Shown in pieces: positions 37,210 through 51,121 of a DNA stretch of 64,000 nt. Origin of the DNA: Eledone cirrhosa (Eukaryota); contig OZ024757.1 in NCBI GenBank assembly GCA_964016885.1, positions 21,886,001 through 21,950,000 of the forward strand. Direction: 5' to 3'. The notes below the pieces were generated by a model, which worked only from the letters and a program-made list of their open reading frames with translations, did not search any database and was not told where the DNA came from. Both the position numbers and the translations under genes were made by a program. Numbering within the stretch: the stretch's first letter is position 1; every line of letters starts with the position of its first letter.

Positions 37210-37860
37210 GTGAGAGTGGGAGAGAGTGGGAGAGAGTGGGAGAGTACTACAAAAAGAGAGAGAGGGAGAGTACTACAAAGAGAGAGAGAGAGGGAGAGTA
37301 CTACAAAGAGAGAGAAAGAGAGAGAGAGAGAGAGTGTGAGAGTGCTACAAAGAAGGAAAGAGGAGGAAAGTACTACAAAGAGAGAGAGAGAGAGGGAAAG
37401 TACTACACAGAGAGAGTGAGAGTAGGAGAGTACTACAAAGAGAGAGAGGGGGTGAGAATACTACAAAGAGAGAGAGAGAGAGAGAGTGCTAGAGAGAGAG
37501 AGAGAGAGAGAGTGAGAGAGTGCTACAAAGAGAGAGTGGAAGAGTGCTACAAAGAGAGAGAGAGGGAGAATACTACAAAGAGAGAGAGAGAGTGAGTGGG
37601 AGAGTGCTACAAAGAGACAGAGAGTGAGTGGGAGAGTGCTACAAAGAGACAGAGAGTGAGTGGGAGAGTGCTACAAAGAGACAGAGAGTGAGTGGGAGAG
37701 TGCTACAAAGAGAGTGAGTGGGAGAGTGCTACAAAGAGAGAGAGATGGAAATATAATATATATATATAGGAGGGGGGGGGGGAGAAATAGCAGAGGAATG
37801 AGACTGATAAAGATTGAAAGACAGAAAGATATAGAGAGGGAAGTGAGAGAGAGAGAGCGA

Positions 37861-37928
<68 letters not shown>

Positions 37929-37940
37929 AAAACGAGAGAG
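37210..37940. repeat. (GA)n-based minisatellite with GTGCTACAAA / GTACTACAAA motif
   Basis: Visible in sequence. Confidence 0.9.
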
Positions 37941-38061
37941 AGTGAACAATATAGCAGTATGGTTTCTGAATATGTAATCAGAATAAAAATGGTAAAATGT
38001 TTTCATCATCATCACAACCATCATAATCACCCATATTACCTTTTTTCTTCTTTCCCATCAA

Positions 38062-39141
38062 TCATCACCACCACCACCACCACCACCACTACCACTGTCA
38101 TTACTACCACCACTACAACCACCACCATCACCACTACCACCACCACCACCACTACAATCACCACCACCACCACCACTACCACTGTCATTACTACCACCAC
38201 TACAACCACCACCATCACCACCACCATCACCACTACCACCACTACCACCATCACCACTACAAGCACCACCACCATCACCACCACCACCACTACCACTGTC
38301 ATTACTACCACCACTACAACCACCACCATCACCACTACAACCACCACCACTACAAACACCACCACCACCACCACCATCACCACTACAACCACCACCACCA
38401 TCACCACTACCACCATCACCACCACCATCACCACCACCACCACCACCACTACCACTGTCATTACTACCATCACTACAACCACCACCATCACCACTACAAC
38501 CACCACCACCACCACCATCACCACTACAAGCACCACCACCACTACCACTGTCATTACTACCACCGCTACAATCACCACCACCACTACCACCGCTACAATC
38601 ACCACCACCACTACCACCGCTACAATCACCACCACCACTACCACTGTCATTACTACCACCACTACAACCACCACCACCACTACCGCTGTCATTACTACCA
38701 CCACCACCACTACCACTGTCATTACTACCACCACTACAACCACCACCATCACCACTACAACCACCACCATCACCACCACCACCACCATCACCACTACCAC
38801 CACCATCACCACTACAACCACCACTACCACCACCATCACCACTACAACCACCATCACCACCACCACCATCACCACTACCACTACAACCACCACCACCATC
38901 ACCACTACCACTACAACCACCACCACCATCACCACTACCACTACAACCACCACCACCATCACCACTACCACTACAACCACCACCACCATCACCACTACAA
39001 CCACCATCACCACCACCACCACCATCACCACTACCACTACAACCACCACCACCATCACCACTACAACCACCACCACCATCACCACTACAACCACCACCAC
39101 CACCATCACCACCACCACCACTACAACCACCACCACCACCA
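38062..39141. repeat. (ACC)n compound repeat
   Basis: Visible in sequence. Confidence 0.95.
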
Positions 39142-39144
39142 TGA

Positions 39145-40026
39145 TCTGAGTTCAAGTCCCGCTGAGGTTAACATTGCCTTTCATCCTTACAGGGTCGATA
39201 AAATAAAGTACCAGTAACGTACTGGGGTCAATTTAATCGACTTTCCCTCCCGCCAAATTACTCGCCTTGTGCCTATACTAGAAATAATTATTATTACACA
39301 CAAAGCCAGCAATTACCCCAGTGTATTACTGGTACTTTATTTTATCGACCTCGTAAGGATGAAAGGCAAAGTCAAATCCCGCTAAGGTTAACTTTGCCTT
39401 TCATCCTTACGGGGTCGATAAAATAAAGTACCAGTAATGTACTGGGGTAATTGCTGGCCTTGTGCCAAAAGTAGAAACAATTGTTGCTACAGTATCTGTA
39501 GAACATCAGACAGCATGCTTTGCAGCACAGAGTTGTGGCCCTTAAACATCCTGATTGTAGCATTCCCCTTCATCCTTACCGGAGTCAATAAAATAAAGTA
39601 CCAGTAATGCACTGGGGTAATTGCTGGCCTTGTGCCAAAAGTAGAAACAATTGTTGCTACAGTATCTGTAGAACATCAGACAGCATGCTTTGCAGCACAG
39701 AGTTGTGGCCCTTAAACATCCTGATTGTAGCATTCCCCTTCATCCTTACCGGAGTCAATAAAATAAAGTACCAGTAATGCACTGGGGTAATTGCTGGCCT
39801 TGTGCCAAAAGTAGAAACAATTGTTGCTACAGTATCTGTAGAACATCAGACAGCATGCTTGGCAGCACAGAGTTGTGGCCCTTAAACATCCTGAGTTTAG
39901 CATTCCCCTTCATCCTTACCGGAGTCAATAAAATAAAATACCTGTAATGCACTGGGGTTGTTGATTAAACTGACTTTCCTCTTCCATTCAAATTGTCGGC
40001 CTTGTGCCTAAATCAGAAACCATTAT
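39145..40026. mobile_element. Cluster of Nin/Deu-like SINE pieces, including an inverted pair and a 170-bp head-to-tail array
   Basis: Repeated ORFs offset by 170 bp (39372/39542/39712). Confidence 0.88.
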
Positions 40027-40287
40027 CGTTAACGCCCCCCCCCCCTCCCTCTTCCTCTGATTTATTGATCTTTTCAAATAAAACATATAAAAACCCACCC
40101 AACAAAGTCGTCCTCTCCTTCTACAAATTGCTCTTTTGGTTGTGAGCGAGGCCTGACTATGAAAGCCCTGCTCTATAGTAACAGACTTTGTCATGGTAAT
40201 TCTTACTTAAAACCTGATCCTCTCCACTGATTTCCAATGTTGAGCGGACACAACACCTTTTCAAACATGTTCATCATTATTTTTACC

Positions 40288-40851
40288 TTGTTGTTGTTGG
40301 TGGTGGTGTTGTTGTTGGTGGTGGTGGTGGTGGTGGTGGTGTTGTGAGTGTTGGTGGTGTTATCGATGGTGTTGTTGTGACTGTTGGTGGTGTTATCGAT
40401 GGTGTTGTTGTGACTGCTGGTGGTGGTGGTGTTGTTGGTGGTGGTGTTGGTGGTGGTGGTGGTGTTGTGAGTGTTGGTGGTGTTATCGATGGTGTTGTTG
40501 TGACTGTTGGTGTTGTTATCGATGGTGTTGTTGTGACTGCTGGTGGTGGTGTTGGTGGTGGTGGTGGCGTTGTGACTGTTGGTGGTGTTATCGATGGTGT
40601 TGTGGTGACTGTTGGTGGTGGTGTTGGTGGTGGTGGTGGTGTTGTGACTGTTGGTGATGTTGGTGGTGGTGGTGGTGTTGTGACTGTTGGTGGTGTTATC
40701 GATGGTGTTGTTGTGACTGTTGGTGTTGTTGTTGCTGTGACTGTTGGTGTTGGTGGTGGCGTTGTTGTGACTGTTGGTGGTGGTGTTATCGATGGTGTTG
40801 TTGTGACTGTTGGTGGTGTTGGTGGTGGTGTTGTTGTGGTGACTGTTGGTG
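40288..40851. repeat. GGT/TGT minisatellite (GTTATCGATGGTGTTGTTGTGACT)
   Basis: Visible in sequence. Confidence 0.92.
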
Positions 40852-40958
40852 TGTATTTTGCTGCTATTGATGTTGTAATAGCCATGTATGTACATACAAG
40901 AATATCAAAAACGTTATATTCCATATGATAAATATGGTTAATAGCTTATATATATATA

Positions 40959-41560
40959 TGGTGGCTGCCAACTCGTTTTCGAGTACAGCCACTACTTTAT
41001 AGCCATGTAGGAGAACCCCTACCGATGCGCTGAACGAGTGTGACTTTTTAGTCCAGCCAGCGACTTGAAAACTCTGGTACAAACACTACACTTGCGACAA
41101 TTATTGACACATAGTGCTGGGCCCATTGTACCATGTAACAACAAGAGCAAAGAGATCTCCAGATATAAAGCAATGCCTGTGCCGTGAAGCTTTTATAGTG
41201 AGCAAAGGCACTGCACAAAGCCAGTCCCACTCTCTTAACCAAGAAGATATTTACCAAAAAGAAGAACAAGTCAACATCATTGGATACCATCAGGGCTGCA
41301 GGTGTTATATCAGAGTTTTCCTTCTCCTAGAATTCTGCCCTGACAAAGGCTAAGGGGTCATCTCTCCCGGTGATTTTGGATGGCCATTGGCTCTTAAGAG
41401 CTCCTTTGACAGGTTTTGTTTTTAGTCCTGAAGGATGTCCAAAGTCACCCTCCTCACCAAGAAACCTTGGTGGGGTTGCCAGTTTAGTCGCCAACGACCC
41501 GACCATGAGACAGGTTGTACTGGGATACATGTTACCAGTAGCACCAACTGGTGACCTGAC
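40959..41560 (-). mobile_element. Bipartite non-autonomous RTE derivative, copy 2
   Basis: Colinear with 575-1183, same termini. Confidence 0.75.
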
Positions 41561-41791
41561 ATATATATATATATATATATATATACAGCATATACATATA
41601 TATACTGCATATATATATATATATATATATAATTTCCAACAAATGATGATGATGATGTTATATACATATATATATATAACATCATCATCATCATTTAACG
41701 TACATTTTTCCACGCTAGCATGGGTTAGACATATTGCCCCATTAGAGGCAAGTTGAATCAGGTGACCATGTCTTGCTCATGTACAACAGTT

Positions 41792-41829
<38 letters not shown>

Positions 41830-41930
41830 GGAGTTGTATTTAATTTGTTGGAATTCCGACTATCCAGCGAATTTCAGACCGTTAAGTGTTGATTTCTATG
41901 GGTATGTCGTTATTTATAAAACAAATTTTG

Positions 41931-41995
41931 TATTTTATCGGATGAAAGCACACCAAGATTGGCTTGGTCGCCCTTGAAATATATATAATAAAATA
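41931..41995 (+). ncRNA. Family-A hammerhead with core mutation (CGGATGA)
   Basis: TATTTTAT..GAAA-TATATA-TA-ATAAAATA. Confidence 0.55.
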
Positions 41996-42052
41996 AATAT
42001 GGTTTTATAAATATAGTTTCCATTTATTATTATCTTGGTGTGTATATATATA

Positions 42053-42329
42053 TCATCATCATCATCATCATCATCATTTTACGTCCGCTTTTTCCCTGAT
42101 TGCAAGGGTGGGACGGGAACTGATTCTGGCTTGATTTCTACAGCTGGATGCCCTTCCTAACACCAACCTCATTTACAGTGAGTGCTGGGTGCTTTTTTGC
42201 CATGGCACCTCCACGACCACTTTGCAGTAGAATGATAGGGACCCCAGTCCCTATCATCTCATTTCTACAGCTGAGTAAACTGGAGCAATGTGAAATAAAG
42301 TGTCTTGCTCAAGACACTTTATTTCACAT

Positions 42330-42330
<1 letters not shown>
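42053..42330 (-). mobile_element. CORE-like SINE with RTE tail, 5'-truncated
   Basis: Matches 17209-17460. Confidence 0.88.
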
Positions 42331-42383
<53 letters not shown>

Positions 42384-43249
42384 GGAAGTTCAGCATAATC
42401 GAAGCTCTGGCTGCAGCTAAGCTAACGAATGCAATCCGGAATGTGCAGCTAAGCACTCAATAAGGTAGTTTTACCTTAGAGTAATAACATTACGTTTAGA
42501 CAGTTTGGCAAATTGAAGACTGCGACCGGTAAGCCAGCCGCAAGGACCAAAGCAGCGAGAAAACCGACTCAGGATAATTTGACAAACCTGGACCATCACG
42601 TCGATATTAAGGAATATCTCTGGGGTAGGTTTCTGTGAATCCAAAATCAACAAATCAACTTGCGGGGTATGCGAGTTTTTGGGTTTTGGAAGATCGAACA
42701 GAAGGTTTCACTTTATCAACAGATTCAGTAGCTGAGGTATCCAGCTTCGCATGGGTAAACAGATGATAAGAGAAGACTGGTAGAAAAAAAGCGACTGTAT
42801 TGGATGTTTGTTTGGTTTACAGTATGAGGGGAGACCGTGGTGTGTATGTGTGTGTGTGTGTGTGTGTGTGCATGTGACAAAACACAAACAGTCAAAAATC
42901 TTCAAGATGCACCAGATCCTTCGTTTTAATGTTTGTGCATAGTATATGAAGATTTCTAGGTGTACACATTCACGAACAATCTATATCGAATGTCCATGGG
43001 TAAAAACCAATTCTCTCATATTCAATCCTACAACTTTGAGACTCGGAGCCCTAACCAGGAATTGCACCCATGATATTACAATCATAAGCCAAACACCCTA
43101 ACCACTAGACTGTTGTATACCTCCATAATAATATAAAACAAATGCTACTATGATTATTGTTTAGGAATAAGATGCATAAAATGTAATGACATGAAATAAT
43201 CCAATATTTTACTCTGAATTTTGTGAGAGAGACAATGTTCAGCTGTAAT

Positions 43250-43720
43250 AAGTGGTGGGTAGCTTTAGAAATTAGAGACATTTACAGCAAAGTCTGGTAC
43301 TACTAAGTGGTGGGTAGTTTTAGAAATTACAGATATTTACAGAAAAATATGGTAGTAAGTAGTGGGTAGTTTTAGAAATTAGAGACATTTACAGCAAAGT
43401 CTGGTACTACTAAGTGGTGGGTAGTTTTAGAAATTACAGATATTTACAGAAAAATATGGTAGTAAGTAGTGGGTAGTTTTAGAAATTAGAGACATTTACA
43501 GCAAAGTCTGGTACTACTAAGTGGTGGGTAGTTTTAGAAATTACAGATATTTACAGAAAAATATGGTAGTAAGTAGTGGGTAGTTTTAGAAATTAGAGAC
43601 ATTTACAGCAAAGTCTGGTACTACTAAGTGGTGGGTAGTTTTAGAAATTACAGATATTTACAGAAAAATATGGTAGTAAGTAGTGGGTAGTCTTAGAAAT
43701 TAGAGATATTTACAGGAATA
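43250..43720. repeat. 107-bp higher-order repeat (52 + 55 bp dimer)
   Basis: Period 43305/43412 with two alternating monomers. Confidence 0.92.
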
Positions 43721-44079
43721 GTTTGATAGTAAAGGGGGGGGGGGGGTAATTCTAGAAATTCTAGATATTGACAGAAAGTCTGATACATAAAGTTGAACTA
43801 AATACATCAGCATGTTTGATATGTCAGTTGTTGTTTAATGCCAGGTCAACCATGATGATTGAGCAGACCTATGAAGAGGTTTATTTATGGTCATAGTAAA
43901 ACTGGTTCTAACAGGGAACTGAAGTCTTGAGAGTTTGAATGACAGCTCGGTAGAGGAAAGGATGAGAGGAATCTTGGGAATAAATGCACTTTCTCCTCCA
44001 AGAATAGGGAGCTCTATAAGAGATGGTTCATCTTCCGCCTGATTCTCTTTTTTTTTTTCTTCTATCTCTTTTTTTTTTG

Positions 44080-44360
44080 TGATGATGGTTATGATGGTAA
44101 TGATGATGATGATGATGATGGTGATGGTGATGATAATGATGATGGTGATGATGGTGGTGATGGTGATGATGGTGGTGATGGTAACGATGGTGGTGATGGT
44201 GGTGATAATGATGATGGTGATGATGGTAATGATGATGATGATGGTAATGATGATGGTGATGGTAATGATGATGGTAATGATGATGGTGATGGTGGTAATG
44301 ATGATGATGGTAATGATGATGGTGGTAATGATGGTAATGATGGTGGTGATGGTGATGATT
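44080..44360. repeat. (GAT/GGT)n repeat
   Basis: Visible in sequence. Confidence 0.92.
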
Positions 44361-45431
44361 ATAAAGAGAAGCTATGCTCAACTCAGACCAGAGGTCAGAT
44401 ACAAGTGCCAAATGCTTGCACCAGACACACCCTATTAAAGTCAGCCAAGGACCAGGTGGAGTGGGGCGGGATGGGGTGGTATTAACCCCCCACCCCATAC
44501 GACCCAAGAATGGGAATGCCCCCTCACCACACACTATTTCTCACCCCCACACCCACAGTCTCACAGTCTATATTACCCCCCCCCCCCCCCACACAACTCA
44601 ATACTGCCCCCTCCCCCACCACAACATATACATACATGGCACACCAGCCTCTCCCAAGAGGCCCACCACATCAATCTGACCGCACCAATAGAAAAACAAA
44701 CAAGTTTAACCCAAATCAAAAGAGAAACACTTAAAATAAATTAATTGATCAACAACAACACTACAACAACAACAACAACACTACAACAACAACAGCAACA
44801 CTACAGCAACACTACAACAACAACAGCAACACTACAACAACAACAACACTACTACAACAACAACACCACAAAAATAACAACAACAACATAATTAAACAGA
44901 CAAACAAATAATTAATTCAATAAAGTCTTTAATTATGTTAATTCATTAGCAAATTTGAATATTTTCTTACATGTCTATCACCACTACTACTACTACCTTT
45001 ACTAATACTACTACTACTACTACTACCACCACAGCTACTACTAGCACCACTACTACTGCTAGAACTATCGCTACAACACCACCACCCCTACTACCAACAC
45101 CATGACCACCAACACCAGCACCCCTACCATTAACACCACCACCCCTACTACCAGCACCACCACCCCTACCACCACCACCACCCCTACCACCCCTACCACT
45201 AACACCACCACCCCTACCACTAACACCACCACCCCTACTACCAGCACCACCACCCCTACCACCAACACCACCACCCCTACTACCAGCACCACCACCCCTA
45301 CTACCAACACAACAGCCAGCACCTCCACCATTCTTCTACAAGTTTCAGTCGTTAGACTGTGGCCATACTGGGGCACGATCTTGAAAGTTTTTAGTCTTTG
45401 GTATAGGCCACATACATACATATATGCTTAA

Positions 45432-45652
45432 CCCTTTAGCATTTAAACTGGCCATATCTCGCAATAATTCTCTCACCTCTTTCTGTTCAAACCGGCCATA
45501 ACTGGCTGCTCATACTTATGTTAAGGTATTATTCTCAAAATAAATAATATCAAAATCTCATAGATTCAATATTATGCAAGATAATTATGTGAGATAAAGC
45601 CTTTACCATGAAAATACGATAGTAAATATAGAGTAATGCAAATGCTAAAGGG
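45432..45652. mobile_element. piggyBac-type MITE
   Basis: 13-bp TIR CCCTTTAGCATTT / AAATGCTAAAGGG, TTAA target duplication. Confidence 0.9.
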
Positions 45653-46059
45653 TTAAACACACATACATATGTACATACATACATATATGCTTAAATACAC
45701 ATACATAGGTACATACATACATGCTTAAATACACATACATATAAGCTTAAATACACATACATACATATATAAGCTTAAATACACATACACACATATATGC
45801 TTAAATACACATACATATATGCTTAAATACACATACATAGGTACATACATACATGCTTAAATACACATACATATATGCTTAAATACACATACATATATGC
45901 TTAAATACACATACATATGTACATAATACATACATATATGCTTAAATACACATACATATGTACATACATAAATGAAAAGCTACATCCACAGGCATAATTC
46001 CATCTTCAATAAGATGCCTACCTCACATTCCCCTTCTCTGAACATAACTTTGGCCAGAA

Positions 46060-46375
46060 GGTGTTCATGTCATCAGAAGGTGTCCAATGTTCATTGGGTG
46101 TTTCCGCCCTCAACTGTAACCCTTTCTCACTTGTGGTTCAACAATGGTGGCTAAATTACTGCCCATCTTCACCTCTTGTCTTCTAGCTTCTCTCCTCCTC
46201 TAAAGCCAACAAGAAGCCCCTTTCTGCTGCCCCCCCCCCCATCCTACAAACTGCAGCCTTCTTCTCTCTTCCTGTCATTTCATTCTCCATACTGAGCTGG
46301 GAATCCCCTGGAGCCCACCAAGACTGGAAATAGCCACCTTTGTCACTAAACTCCTGCACAGGCTCTTGATATTTG
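46060..46375 (-). mobile_element. Degenerate HERO-like (RLE-type) LINE 3' end
   Basis: Frameshifted AAERASCWL*RR resembles the HERO terminal AAEKASRWLW.KR motif; UTR GAAACACCCAATGA..CTGATGA. Confidence 0.5.
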
Positions 46376-46406
46376 GCACTCCTTCACTCAATACATACAT
46401 ACATCC

Positions 46407-46750
46407 ATCATCATCATCATCATTTCATTTTACGTCCGCTTTTCCCTGCTTGCAAGGGTGGGACAGGAACTCATTCTGGCTTGATTTCTACAGCTGGATG
46501 CCCTTCCTAACACCAACCTCATTTACAGTGAGTGCTGGGTGCTTTTTTGCCGTGGCACCTCCACGACCACTTTGCAGTGGAATGATATGAACCCCAGTCC
46601 CTATCATCTCAGTTCTACAGCTGAGTAAACTGGAGCAATGTGAAATAAAGTGTCTTGCTCAAGGAAAAAACACATCACCCGGTCTGAGAATTGAACTCAC
46701 AACCTTTCGATTGCAAGTCCAATGCTCTAACCACTAAGCCATGTGCCTCC
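46407..46750 (-). mobile_element. Full-length CORE-like SINE with RTE tail
   Basis: Matches 17209-17548. Confidence 0.88.
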
Positions 46751-47089
46751 ACATATATACGCATATACATACATACACACATCCATACACACATATACAT
46801 ACACACATACATACACACACATACATACATACATACATACATACATACATCATACATACACACACACATACAGAATGAAATAGAATTAATTGCTTAAAAT
46901 CAGTGTTAAATTTTCAGTGCTTAATCTCATCTATACACATTGGTGAATACATACATACACTTATATACATACATGCACATATATACACCTTCACACACAT
47001 ACCAACAGACACACCCATAACAACACAAATAAGCACCCAGACACCAAAACACATATACACACCAACATGTACACATATGAAGACAAACA

Positions 47090-47482
47090 CACTCACACAC
47101 ACCACCATACACACTAACACACACCACCATACACACACACCACCATACACACACACCACCATACACACACACCACCATACACTCACACACACCACCATAC
47201 ACACACACACACACCACCATACACACACACACACCACCATACACACTCACACACACCACCATACACACTCACACACACCACCATACACACACACCACCAT
47301 ACACACTCACACACACCACCATACACACTCACACACACCACCATACACACTCACACACACCACCATATACACACACCACCATACACACACACCACCATAC
47401 ACACACACCACCATACACACTCACACACTCACACACACACCACCATACACACTCACACACACACCACCATACACACCACCAT
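47090..47482. repeat. CACCACCATACACA minisatellite
   Basis: Visible in sequence. Confidence 0.92.
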
Positions 47483-47782
47483 GCACACACAAATTAGCAA
47501 GATTAATTGTTTATGACCAAATTAAATAGACTCACCTCCTTAGTTTTCAGTAACACTTATACATACATGTAAACACACACATACACATATTTGTGAGTGA
47601 GTGTGTGTGTGTGCACTTGGTTACATATATCTATATATATATATTCACCCTCCACCCACATCATCACACATCACCATGCCCTTACACTCCACCCTTCACC
47701 AGCTAAGTGCCCCACCCTAGACCTACATCTCCAATCTCCACCCAACATATATGCACCTCCCCCACCCAGCCATCAGTCCACA

Positions 47783-48290
47783 CCACTGTAAGGCGGTTGT
47801 TTTGGTGCCATGACACTGTAAAGTGGTTGTTATGATGTCATGAGAAAAAGTACCTAGTCCACACTGTTTTAAAGTGGTCATGTTGGTGTCATGATAAAAA
47901 GTACCTAGTCCACACTGTAAAGTGGTCATGTTGGTGTCATGACAAAAAGTACCTAGTCCACACTTTATAGTGGTCATGTTGGTGTCATGACAAAAAGTAC
48001 CTAGTCCACACTTTAAAGTGGTCATATTGGTGTCATGATAAAAAGTACCTAGTCCACACTGTAAAGTGGTCATGTTGGTGTCATGACAAAAAGTCCCTAG
48101 TCCACACTTTAAAGTGGTCATGTTGGTGTCATGATAAAAAGTACCTAGTCCACACTGTAAAGTGGTCATGTTGGTGTCATGACAAAAAGTACCTAGTCCA
48201 CACTTTATAGTGGTCATGTTGGTGTCATGACAAAAAGTACCTAGTCCACACTTTAAAGTGGTCATATTGGTGTCATGATAAAAAGCATCC
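47783..48290 (+). repeat. 48-bp array derived from the RTE 3'UTR module, with a 240-bp higher-order duplication
   Basis: CCACACTGTAAAGTGG units, period 47906/47954; 47881-48050 repeated at 48121-48285. Confidence 0.88.
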
Positions 48291-48465
48291 ATTTCTATTT
48301 TTTTATTTTCTAATCTCTGAACTACTGTACTCTCCTGTCGAAGGACTAACAATCAATACATTGAATGTCTTTTCTTTCGTTCATCCAAAGCATGAAACTA
48401 ATAACACTATCTGGTTTTGTATCTTTGTGTTTCTATTTATTATATATATATATATAAACAAAAAT

Positions 48466-48906
48466 CACCCCCACCCCATCCATACCGCCCCTTTCAATGT
48501 AAAGTTATGTTGGTGCCACAAAATCCAGGCCGAAACAAATGAGATCGTGTAGGTGTCACGACAAAAAAACATACAGTCCACGCTGTAATGTGACCGTGTA
48601 GGCAACACGGTAAAAACCTCCCAGTCCCACACTGTAAATGTGGTTGGTGTTAGGAAGGGCATCCAGCTGTAGAAAACCCGCCAGACAGTCCACGCTGTAA
48701 TGTGGCCGTGTAGGCAACACGGTAAAAACCTCCCAGCCCCACACTGTAAATGTGGTTGGTGTTAGGAAGGGCATCCAACTGTAGAAAACCCGCCAGACAG
48801 TCCTATGCGAGCAAGACAACCACTCTTGCCTCAAGTGGGAAAACTCCCGTCCAAACCCATGCACGCGTGGAACATGGACGTTAAATGATGATGATGATGA
48901 TGATGA
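48466..48906 (+). mobile_element. RTE family-2 3'UTR with 112-bp duplication
   Basis: Matches 63255-63580. Confidence 0.9.
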
Positions 48907-49059
48907 AAAATATATGAATGTATATATATGTATATATACATATATATACATACAAGGGCTAATGTTTGATACATTGAACTTCTTTTCTCACTTTCATCCA
49001 AAGCATGAACCCAATAACACAAACTTTCGTTTTTTTATTTCATATGTGTGTGTGTGTGA

Positions 49060-49094
<35 letters not shown>

Positions 49095-49095
<1 letters not shown>

Positions 49096-49481
49096 GAGGG
49101 CAATCCCAAAAGGAAGGTCTCCTTCCGATATTGCAACTTTTCCGTTAAAATCCTGTGGATGGGGCTTCGGGAAATCTCAGGAACCAAAATGCAGAGAGCA
49201 CCCAGAGTGACCCGCTGATCTTTATGCATGTTTTCCTCGGAAGGAGACCTTACTTTTGGGATTGTCCTCGTAACTGCGCGAAATTCGCACTTGGTGGTAG
49301 CGTTCAACGGGAGCTCCATTCTCAACGGCTGCCAAGCCAAGATTGAGCATCCCAGCGAAGCGCGCGCATGCTTGTTTGGGAGTGAAGGAAGCACCAATCA
49401 CAACAGTGTTGCCAACAGCCGTACAAACAGTTTCTCTGCGTCCCCATCGCTTTGGAGACCTTACTTTTGGGATTACCCTCG
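49095..49481. mobile_element. Mariner composite: 176-bp MITE (49095-49270) abutting the 5' end of a same-family transposase (49273-49481, -)
   Basis: Three 28-bp TIRs, TA junctions, MELPLNATTKCEFRAV start. Confidence 0.85.
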
Positions 49482-49558
<77 letters not shown>

Positions 49559-50328
49559 AGATATGCACATATAAAACCACACATTGTTACAAAATCATAA
49601 ACAACCCTGAAGATTTATCGATTATTTTTTTTTCTTTTAGAAATTAATCTAATTTAATGAAGTGTAAATTAACATTTCTTTGTTATTATTCAAAGAGTAA
49701 TACTGAACGGTGCTGAAAATGGGGGAAAATTCCCCAATAAAAACAAAAAAAAATACCCCATTGAATCTTGTGACCTGACATTGATTAAATTGATTGTGAA
49801 GCTGGATCATATCTAAAGAGTTTAAATTGTTAATTTGTCATGATTGGATCAAGAGGTTTATTATCAATATTTTGGGATTGCTAATTTGTTGATGAAAAAA
49901 TAAAAATGTTAAATACCCCCACACATGTGTACAAAAAAAAAATAGACACACAAGAAAAATCTGCTCTTTGGAGAATTTAATTTTTTACATTTATGTTATT
50001 TTTTCTCCTTTTTAATTCCTTTTTGTCTCAAAAGAGGTGAAGAAATATTTTTTTCCCAGCATGGATTGAAAGAATAACCCCCTACCATCCCTACAAAAAA
50101 AGAAAACAGGAAAATGGATCACCCTTTTAGTATCAACCTAGTCAAAGGCAGTTGTGGTTCTCTGGAACAAAACCAACCATTTTAACAGGTATTTAAATTA
50201 AAATCTTCCAACGTAACATGAAAAGGTTATAAATCTCAGGGAATTGTGGGTTTCCTTTTTATTTTTGTATTTTCCCTATTATCATTATTATTATTATTAA
50301 TAATAATAATAATACTATTTTTATATTA

Positions 50329-50550
50329 GGGCGGTGAATTGGCAGAATCGGTAGAGCATCAGACACCTTTCTTCATAGCATAGAGTTACTGCCCTTTACA
50401 TTCTGATTTCAAATTCAGCCACGGTTAGCTTTGCCTTTTATACTTTTGAGGTTGATAAAATAAAGTACCAGCAACACACTGGGGGTGGGGGGGTGGGTCG
50501 ATTTAATCAACTCTCCCCTCTCCCCAAATTGCTGGCCTTGTGCCTATAGT
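50329..50550 (+). mobile_element. Nin/Deu-like SINE
   Basis: Similarity to 7241-7467. Confidence 0.75.
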
Positions 50551-50551
50551 A

Positions 50552-50585
<34 letters not shown>

Positions 50586-50817
50586 GAAATCAGAGAACAG
50601 AGAGACAGAACAAATACCACAAGGCATAATATCTGATTTTGTTACAACTCTACCTATCTACAATATATATCTTCGGACAAGACCCTGTGTCACATTGAAA
50701 CAATCACAACTCTTTCAGAATTAATAATTAATTCATGAAAGCCTGTAAAGGGTAAAATTTATCGACCTCAAAATGAAGAGCAAAGTTGATCTTGGTGGGT
50801 TTTGTAGAGAGAGCCAA

Positions 50818-51045
50818 GCAAGGCAAAATGGAATTGGGTGGGACACATTGCCAAAATGACTGACAATAGATGGACCAGCCATGTTATCTTTTTGACCTCA
50901 CAATGTTACACAAGAAACTGAGGCAGCCAGAAGACCACGAGGCGAGACAATATAAAAAAAATTGATAAATTTTGGCCACAAATAGCTCAGGATTGGCAAA
51001 AGTAGGTCAGCTTGGGGAAGGCATATGTCCAACAATGGACTTTCC
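50818..51045 (+). mobile_element. Degenerate RTE-1-like C-terminal fragment
   Basis: KAKWNWVGHIAKMTDNRW...IAQD..LGKAYVQQW. Confidence 0.75.
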
Positions 51046-51121
51046 AGAGCTGAAGATGGTGATTCTATCCAATATTCTAACAGTTTTCCCAATTCACAGC
51101 CTAAAATTTACAATATATGTC

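Noticed and set aside
36336-39155. Gly-rich and mucin-like Thr-rich ORFs
   Set aside because: (GGT)n/(ACC)n repeats are open in several frames; no signal peptide or exon boundaries
42516-42637. KTATGKPAARTKAARK resembling the histone H3 tail
   Set aside because: No histone fold follows, early stop, and it lies in a repeat-associated segment
46065-46110. Permuted hammerhead in the HERO-like UTR (GAAAC..CTGATGA on -)
   Set aside because: Stems I and II and the NUH site cannot be formed
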